Source: Verrucomicrobiota bacterium (GTDB taxonomy: Bacteria; Verrucomicrobiota; Verrucomicrobiia; Verrucomicrobiales; Akkermansiaceae). From it: a DNA stretch of 64,000 bases. The DNA is taken from positions 16,411 through 80,410 of the forward strand of contig RDZR01000026.1 in NCBI GenBank assembly GCA_004294095.1, given 5' to 3'. Every line of letters begins with the position of its first letter. Positions within the stretch are counted from its first letter, which is position 1. Below are positions 18,089-24,110 of the stretch, piece by piece. Below the pieces are notes generated by a model. It did no database searches. It had not been told where the DNA came from and saw only the letters and a list, made by a program, of their open reading frames with translations. The position numbers and the translations under genes are program-made.

Positions 18089-18550
18089 CTAACGAAGGTC
18101 CGGAAGTATGAGGAATGGTTCTAGGCGAATGATTCGACCATCGCTGTTTCGGATCGCGTAGGGATTATCCCGTTTCAACCCATCCGGGATGAGTGGTTCG
18201 GGACAAGTGAAAATCGGAATGATGTCTTCCTCGCAATCGGGAATATCGATGCCGATTGTCTTCATGTCCATAGTGCCACTCATGAATAGGCATGATGCAT
18301 CCGTCGTCATTGCTCCAATCTCGACTGTCTGATGGAGATACACTTTCGCTCCCGAAGGAAGTGAATGCTCATTTTCTTTATCCTCGATATACATCTTTCG
18401 GATCGTAGTCTTGAGCTCTAAGAGGGCTTCACGCAGAGAAGTCCCTTGAACAAGGCACGATAGGAACGTGTTTACCTTGGCATTGTCGGGAGCAACGAGT
18501 GCAAGTTGCGCTAGCCAAATTCTCGACGATTTCGTGGATGGTTTCTTCAT
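18089..18550 (-). CDS. Hypothetical 153-aa protein, paralog of 17399-17869
   Basis: See the paralog alignment blocks above. ATG start at 18550. Confidence 0.65.
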   Translation of the reverse strand: MKKPSTKSSRIWLAQLALVAPDNAKVNTFLSCLVQGTSLREALLELKTTIRKMYIEDKENEHSLPSGAKVYLHQTVEIGAMTTDASCLFMSGTMDMKTIGIDIPDCEEDIIPIFTCPEPLIPDGLKRDNPYAIRNSDGRIIRLEPFLILPDLR

Positions 18551-18582
18551 ACCTATAGTGCATGACAGGAACTCGTTGGCTT

Positions 18583-18599
18583 GTGACGATTCTCGTCAC
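18583..18599. promoter_or_regulatory. Perfect palindrome GTGACGA-TTC-TCGTCAC, 33 nt upstream of the ATG at 18550
   Basis: 7-bp perfect arms. The left arm is part of GCTTGTGACGA, which is also present at 16788-16798 upstream of 15649-16740. Confidence 0.5.
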
Positions 18600-18622
18600 T
18601 GTATTCATAACATATTTAGTAT

Positions 18623-18643
18623 TTAGCAGATGTCATCTGCTAA
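18623..18643 (-). terminator. Hairpin TTAGCAGAT-GTC-ATCTGCTAA downstream of the receiver gene (terminator or operator)
   Basis: A perfect 9-bp stem with a 3-nt loop lies about 30 nt after the stop at 18672. It is followed by AT-rich sequence but has no clean U-tract. Confidence 0.35.
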
Positions 18644-18671
18644 CCGTCATCTCTTTCTTGCTCAGATCAAG

Positions 18672-20021
18672 TTATGAAATAGTCCACTCCACTCCGCTTG
18701 GAGGGTGGTAGGACCAAGCACCGCTTGTGGATGAAAGATAAGCTTCGAGGTGTGCAGCAAAGGCGGCGAAACCATTCTCACGTAAGCAGTCTCTGCATCG
18801 ACTCATGCGGGCCCGGAATGCCATTGCCGTTGGCGAATCTTCGCCCCATCCTCCTTGTCTTGACGTGTAATTGCCACCTTGGGGGTGAAGATCATTCTGT
18901 GCCATTTTTGGGATGTCGACCGAAGAGTCCTCTGGTGCGTTCTCTTCGCTTTCATCCGTTGGCACCTCTACTGGCAAATCATTTGCTCCTGACATCCGTG
19001 AGTATTGTTTCTCCGCAATCGAGGCTAAAGGACCAAGCTCGCTAACAATCACAGCGAGCTCCTCTTCTTCATTCGCGGAGAGATCCTCCTCCTCTTCGAG
19101 TTCTCTGAGTTCGACATATCTGGTAAAGCGATGCGCTAGTGCAACCCGAATGAGATTCTCCTGGGCTTCCTCTGACATCTCGTTCCAAGGAACCCCTTTG
19201 GATACGAAGTAGTCCCTGACGGGATCTTCGACTTCCCCAGCATCGCCACTCCCAGCCTGATCGGGCTTTTCGTTTTTTGGTTCGAGGAACAAAGCTGCCT
19301 CTGGATTCAATGACTCGCCACGTTCCATTGACAAAATGTGATGCAACGTCTTGAAGCCGGTTTTGTGCGGAAGTGTCCGGATGTCCCCACAATCGAAGCG
19401 GATTTGCCAATGAAGCGACGTGGTCTCAATGAACTTTCGGGCTCCCTTTTTGTTCTTGTCTTCCTTTGCCGCCTTGACTCGTTCGAGGCTCTTCACTTCG
19501 ATCGGTCTGAAGATGTAACGCAACCTTCCCACCTCGCCGAAAACAAGAGCGATCTGCTCGATGCGATTGTGGAGAAGCGTCTGCGCCTCCTCCTGAGGTA
19601 GAAACCGTGAAGGCTTCTCGACCACCAACAGCCGCTCTGCCGGGAATTTCCGGTAGGCGGCGCTGCGTAAACTCTTCCTCAGCCTATCGCCCTCTTCCGC
19701 ACCCATAATCGTGTCGATACTGGCGTCGGTCTCTACACCAGTCAGCAAGGATACCATCCATGCGGATTGAAATCGTTTCAATGAGGCCAGGACATCGAGG
19801 CCCGACAGGTCGGCATCTCCAAGATTCACGTCCAAAGAGACCAGATCGTAAGGATGCGCTTGGGCCTGCCTGGCCAGATCACGAGCCTCTTCCACCGTGG
19901 ATGCGGTTTCGATCGTGATTGAGGTGTATCCCTGTGCAATGAAAACCTCGCGATAGGTCTTTTTTAAAAGAGCAAGCAAATCGGCTTCGTCTTCAACAAT
20001 GAGCATTCGGATGGATTTCAT
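18672..20021 (-). CDS. Orphan response-regulator receiver protein with a non-canonical output region (REC-A)
   Basis: Receiver signature 'LIVEDE' ... 'DLVSLDVNL' ... 'VSLLTGV' ... 'VVEKPS'. This is followed by 'WQIRFDCGDIRTLPHKTGFKTLHHIL', acidic linkers and a helical C-terminus. It is a paralog of 21995-23401. I chose the ATG at 20021; the track ORF runs to 20168. Confidence 0.8.
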   Translation of the reverse strand: MKSIRMLIVEDEADLLALLKKTYREVFIAQGYTSITIETASTVEEARDLARQAQAHPYDLVSLDVNLGDADLSGLDVLASLKRFQSAWMVSLLTGVETDASIDTIMGAEEGDRLRKSLRSAAYRKFPAERLLVVEKPSRFLPQEEAQTLLHNRIEQIALVFGEVGRLRYIFRPIEVKSLERVKAAKEDKNKKGARKFIETTSLHWQIRFDCGDIRTLPHKTGFKTLHHILSMERGESLNPEAALFLEPKNEKPDQAGSGDAGEVEDPVRDYFVSKGVPWNEMSEEAQENLIRVALAHRFTRYVELRELEEEEDLSANEEEELAVIVSELGPLASIAEKQYSRMSGANDLPVEVPTDESEENAPEDSSVDIPKMAQNDLHPQGGNYTSRQGGWGEDSPTAMAFRARMSRCRDCLRENGFAAFAAHLEAYLSSTSGAWSYHPPSGVEWTIS

Positions 20022-20041
20022 GGAGATTGGGTGGTTTGAAT

Positions 20042-20800
20042 TCAACGCAGCAGTGAGGGAATCTCCCCGCGCAGTGCCTCTGTAACTTCTTGCGTGACGC
20101 CTGTGGTCACAAGCAGTCGAAGGGTGGTTCTGAGCCGATTTCCAGTAGGGTGGCACGGTTGGGAACAAAACAGGTCGAGGTCGTATTCGTTGTCCTCAAA
20201 CACCTTCCGAACTTCCGTTGCAGCCGCAATCATTTCGCTCGCGCTGCCGGAGATTGCAGCCATTTTTAGAGCGGCCAGGGCAATCCGCCGCTTGTCAGCT
20301 CTCCGGCGGCCATTGAAGAAGACGAGATCCTTAGGCACAAGCTTCCCGAGCACCAAAAGCAAATCGGACAAAGACTCGGCTGAACGCCACACGCCATTGG
20401 CATTTGAAACAGGATCCAGAAAGTCCAAAGCCATTCCAGAAGCCAGAGAGGATTCAAATCCAGAGGGCGCGCCGGAAGGCAGGACGTGAATAAAGGCCAG
20501 TTGATGGCAGTCTCCGGCTGGAGAAAGCTTCTCCACCCACTTCCAAACCTCTTCGAAGCCGCTCAAATGATCCGAAGCGGACATCTTCAAGTCGGCCACC
20601 AAGAAGACATGAGTGAGTTCGTCCAGAGGCTTTTTCGAGAATACGCCACCGTCGCCCGGTTCCGGACCTGCCATAATCGACGGGTAGTCCAAGGTCGCGG
20701 CATCAAAAATCAAAGTCAGCGCCCTGGCCATAGGGCCGCTGCCAATCACCAAGGAATGAGGAGGAAAAAGTTCCCAGGATTGAGGAATTGCGGTGGGCAT
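20042..20800 (-). CDS. Hypothetical 'GSGP' protein, partner A (paralog of 23406-24107)
   Basis: 'LVIGSGPMARALTLIFDAA' and 'HVFLVADL' match 'IILGSGPVASVLAQVFDAL' and 'HVFQVATA' in partner B. I chose the ATG at 20800 over the TTG at 20836. No known family. Confidence 0.6.
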   Translation of the reverse strand: MPTAIPQSWELFPPHSLVIGSGPMARALTLIFDAATLDYPSIMAGPEPGDGGVFSKKPLDELTHVFLVADLKMSASDHLSGFEEVWKWVEKLSPAGDCHQLAFIHVLPSGAPSGFESSLASGMALDFLDPVSNANGVWRSAESLSDLLLVLGKLVPKDLVFFNGRRRADKRRIALAALKMAAISGSASEMIAAATEVRKVFEDNEYDLDLFCSQPCHPTGNRLRTTLRLLVTTGVTQEVTEALRGEIPSLLR

Positions 20801-20863
20801 GGGTCTCGGGCTTTTCGAGGAAGGAGTGCTGGGCAATGATGAAAGGAATGAACGTCGCCGTCA

Positions 20864-21457
20864 TCAAAGCACGGAATCAGGCACGGGAACTACCGCTTTT
20901 TTCCAAAAATCCATGGTCTTGGGCTCCAACAAGCCCTCTTCGTGGTCCCCAAACTCCAGGAGAGCATCAAGAAATGAAAGCGCGAGTTCGTGCCTTCCAA
21001 GGAGAGTCATTGACCGCAACATTCGGGTAATCCGCAGCTGATTGTGGTTACCCTTGCGAAGCCACGGATGGTAGTGAAGGGGCCAATTGTCCGATTCGTC
21101 ATATTGGCCAATCACCCTGAAGAGGACTTCTTTCACTTCGGGGCGGGCGGGATCGAGGCCAGGCATAAACCCAAAAAAATTCAGCATCTTGGAAATGGAT
21201 TTTTCGAAATTGTCCTGAAGCTTCGAATAACCAGCATGAGCTGGATCTAGGAAAATTTCCCTAATCTCGTCCGTAAGCACTGGAGCGTGGGGATTGAATC
21301 GACTGCTCACATAGAGCGGGAAAAGCCATTGGATGTAGTCGTGAGTTTCTTCAAGCCAAAGCTTATCCTTGGACAAAATCTCCTCAAGACTCCGCCCCAT
21401 GTGATCAGTGCCTGTGCCGAGGTAGAAATCGAGCAGCAACGTGTCTTCTTCGTTCAT
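20864..21457 (-). CDS. Opioid-growth-factor-receptor (OGFr_N)-like domain protein
   Basis: 'HDYIQWLFPLYVSSRFNPHAPVLTDEIREIF...MLNFFGF' matches the OGFr conserved-region signature (H.(Y/F)IQWLFPL...LT..EI..F). Confidence 0.75.
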   Translation of the reverse strand: MNEEDTLLLDFYLGTGTDHMGRSLEEILSKDKLWLEETHDYIQWLFPLYVSSRFNPHAPVLTDEIREIFLDPAHAGYSKLQDNFEKSISKMLNFFGFMPGLDPARPEVKEVLFRVIGQYDESDNWPLHYHPWLRKGNHNQLRITRMLRSMTLLGRHELALSFLDALLEFGDHEEGLLEPKTMDFWKKAVVPVPDSVL

Positions 21458-21990
21458 CTTAACTCATCCTCTCTGGCGAGAACTAATTCCATTTTGGCAT
21501 GGAGATCCGAAATCGAATCCATTCGGTCCAAAAACATTTTTCCGTCCAAGTGGTCGAGTTCGTGGAGGAAAACCCTTGCGGCGAGGTCGCGCAATTCACT
21601 TTCGATCAGCTCGCCATAACGATTCTGCCAACGGGCCAGAATTTTGGCAGGCCGAGTGATCAATGCTTTGTATCCGGGCATGCTGTAACAGGATTCCCAC
21701 GCCCGGTCGAGCTCTTCGGACTCCGAGAGAACTTCCGGATTGATAACCTCCATGGGCGGAACATCGGGAGCATTAGGGAAAAGTTCTCCTTTTCGCGACT
21801 GCATCACAAACAACCGGACGGATTCATTGACTTGAGGAGCGGCCAAACCGACGCCATTCACTCCGCCCATTGTTGCGAGGAGGTCATTGATAAGAATTTG
21901 AATCCGAGGATCTTCCGGATTGGGCACTTCGGGCGCACGTTCGCGAAGGATTGGATTTCCTATCAGAGCTACTTGGAGGATACGGGACAT
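21454..21990 (-). CDS. def: Peptide deformylase paralog
   Basis: All three PDF motifs are present: 'GVGLAAPQV', 'ESCYSMPG' (an EGCLS variant) and 'HELDHLDG'. There is an ATGA overlap with the OGFr-like gene. Confidence 0.85.
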   Translation of the reverse strand: MSRILQVALIGNPILRERAPEVPNPEDPRIQILINDLLATMGGVNGVGLAAPQVNESVRLFVMQSRKGELFPNAPDVPPMEVINPEVLSESEELDRAWESCYSMPGYKALITRPAKILARWQNRYGELIESELRDLAARVFLHELDHLDGKMFLDRMDSISDLHAKMELVLAREDELR

Positions 21991-21994
21991 TGGC

Positions 21995-23401
21995 TTAATA
22001 AGTGTTCCAGACAATGGATCCCTTTTCTACTGCATAGCAGAACTTGAAGTTACGTATCTTGATATTAGTGAATAGGTGGTCTGCCAACTCCACCTGCCCT
22101 GCCTCTCGGAGTTCGGCGATTGCTCTAGATTTATGTTGTTTGATCGTCTCGTGTGAACGGCCGCCCACGGTATTTCTGCGCACGTCGCCCAATGCCTTCC
22201 GAAGGGCTGCGATCTCGGTTTCGAGTATCGAGCGCAAGCGTCGATTGGCTGAGGCGAGCTGCGCCTCTTTTCGTTGAATTTCCCTTCGATACACGGCATG
22301 CGTTTCCTTAGCCGTGTCATCCGTATTCAGATTTTCCTGGATTGCTCGGTTGTTGTCGTAATCCCTACGATTCCCCCCATTTTCCCTTTGGAATGGATCC
22401 TCGTCGTCATCTTCGCCGTCCTCATCATCTTCGGCGTCTGACATGTCACCATCACCAGGGTTTTGATGAAGGAAGCCGACAGCCTCCTGGCCAATATCAG
22501 CAGCTTCACCACCAATCTGGTGTGCGGCAAACTCTTCATCTGGATGACGCAGCAACCACGCGATCGTTTCAAAATTCGGATTGTCCGGCAGGGAAATCAC
22601 TTCTCCACATCCGAAACTGATCTGCCATAGCGTGACTGTATCATCTGCCCATTGCGCGGGCGCAAGTTTGCTCCCATTCTTCTTCAACATGTCTAACTCT
22701 ATTTCCATTTCGTAGTCGCCTAGGCGTTTCGAATCGGAACAAGTAGAGGGACCTTTGGGGTACTTTTTGTTAAACGCTTTGACAAAATCCATGGCCTTTT
22801 TGGCCCGATTGAACTCTGGCGAGTTTCTTTTGATCCATTGTCCGTCAATCAACTCGTGAACAGCGATCTGGCAAGGCTCCTTCAAGCGACGGAAACGGTT
22901 GCGCCCGATACGACTCTGACGCAGGTACAGACAAACCTGGCGCAAGCGTTTGGCCAGCAGCTCCGTGTTGGATAGATCCGGCTTCTCCCTCACCATCAAT
23001 CGTTCCGGTGGAAAAGTCGCCGATGCACGAGAATGGAGCTCAAATTGGAGGAGTCGCGCCCGGTGCTCTCCGTAAGTGTCGTCCACGGTCGTGTCGCTTT
23101 CCACTCCGGTCAGAATCGAAACCAACCAAGCCGCCTTCCATTGACTAATGATGCCAAGAAGCGCGAGACCGTCGATGGGGTCTTCTGCCGCATCATTGCT
23201 AAAACTGATGTCGAGCGAAATCAGGTCGTAGGGAATCTCCGCTGCGCGACGGATCGCCTCCCGGCACTTCTGGATAGTGTCCGGGGCTTCAATGGTGCAG
23301 GGAAGCTTTAGATCATTGAAAATCTCCAAGAAGTTGCTTTTGATGGCTTGAGCCCATTTGGGTTCGTCTTCGACAATGAGGATGCGGAGAGGTTGTGACA
23401 T
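21995..23401 (-). CDS. Orphan response-regulator receiver protein with a non-canonical output region (REC-B)
   Basis: 'LIVEDEP' ... 'DLISLDISF' ... 'VSILTGV' ... 'MVREKPD'. This is followed by 'WQISFGCGEVISLPDNPNFETIAWLLRHPDEEF', a poly-acidic 'DAEDDEDGEDDDED' stretch, a coiled segment and 'ETIKQHKSRAIAELRE'. Confidence 0.8.
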   Translation of the reverse strand: MSQPLRILIVEDEPKWAQAIKSNFLEIFNDLKLPCTIEAPDTIQKCREAIRRAAEIPYDLISLDISFSNDAAEDPIDGLALLGIISQWKAAWLVSILTGVESDTTVDDTYGEHRARLLQFELHSRASATFPPERLMVREKPDLSNTELLAKRLRQVCLYLRQSRIGRNRFRRLKEPCQIAVHELIDGQWIKRNSPEFNRAKKAMDFVKAFNKKYPKGPSTCSDSKRLGDYEMEIELDMLKKNGSKLAPAQWADDTVTLWQISFGCGEVISLPDNPNFETIAWLLRHPDEEFAAHQIGGEAADIGQEAVGFLHQNPGDGDMSDAEDDEDGEDDDEDPFQRENGGNRRDYDNNRAIQENLNTDDTAKETHAVYRREIQRKEAQLASANRRLRSILETEIAALRKALGDVRRNTVGGRSHETIKQHKSRAIAELREAGQVELADHLFTNIKIRNFKFCYAVEKGSIVWNTY

Positions 23402-23405
23402 AGTC

Positions 23406-24107
23406 TTATGGAGTGAGGATGATCTGGCGAAGGAGCGATTCTCCTTCTACAAACCATTGCGTGACGGGGTCTGTATCCGGGGCGAGAAGCCACTCACGGA
23501 TGCGATTCGCCAACTCATGATCGGCCAGTGGGCAGTATCGCTCCCAGCGGAGTGGCAGTAAGTTGCTCGCAAGCTTCAAAATTCGACTCCGGTTCTCTTC
23601 GGTATGCTCGCCCTTGCAGACTAGCTGGAGAATTTCCTTCCTGAGCGCGACCTGTTCATCAGTGAGTTGGGAATTGAGCCATTCCGTGAACTGATGCGGG
23701 CGCGCCTCGTTGCAGGCTTCGAGAATACTGAATAGGCCTACCTCCACGGAAACTGGGAGGCAATACGGCGAGGGTGTGGCCCCGCATCCTCGGTCGCCAT
23801 GGTGGCAATCGAGAAGCAGCCACTTCAAGCCGGGGTCGCTTTTGATGTCTCTGCCACCCTTCGCGCCATAGAGCCGCCAGAACGCGTCATGCCGCCATCG
23901 CGTCTGCGCTGAAGACTCTGTGGCGGTAGCAACTTGAAAAACATGCCGACAGCCGATCAGTGGTGATTCGAAAGGGGTGGATAGCCCCCACTTCTGCCTG
24001 ATCAGCCGCTCGTCAGGAATCGGCAATGCGTCAAAAACCTGCGCCAGTACGCTCGCCACCGGGCCGGAGCCAAGGATGATTCGTTGTCGATGCGGGCTTG
24101 CGGGCAT
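23406..24107 (-). CDS. Hypothetical 'GSGP' protein, partner B (paralog of 20042-20800)
   Basis: See partner A. 233 aa, with a 4-nt gap to REC-B and a 3-nt gap to the 875-aa gene. Confidence 0.6.
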   Translation of the reverse strand: MPASPHRQRIILGSGPVASVLAQVFDALPIPDERLIRQKWGLSTPFESPLIGCRHVFQVATATESSAQTRWRHDAFWRLYGAKGGRDIKSDPGLKWLLLDCHHGDRGCGATPSPYCLPVSVEVGLFSILEACNEARPHQFTEWLNSQLTDEQVALRKEILQLVCKGEHTEENRSRILKLASNLLPLRWERYCPLADHELANRIREWLLAPDTDPVTQWFVEGESLLRQIILTP

Positions 24108-24110
24108 GAC

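Noticed and set aside
18672-20168. Long N-terminal extensions in the ORF track (also 42019-42885, 53446-54498, 51262-53562, 31167-32411, 10141-11106, 34781-35476)
   Set aside because: Internal ATG codons give N-termini that match the respective families (for example 'MKSIRMLIVEDE', 'MNGPVILVIEDD', 'MEQVIIIGTGCAG'). They also remove implausible overlaps with neighbours, so the shorter coordinates were used.
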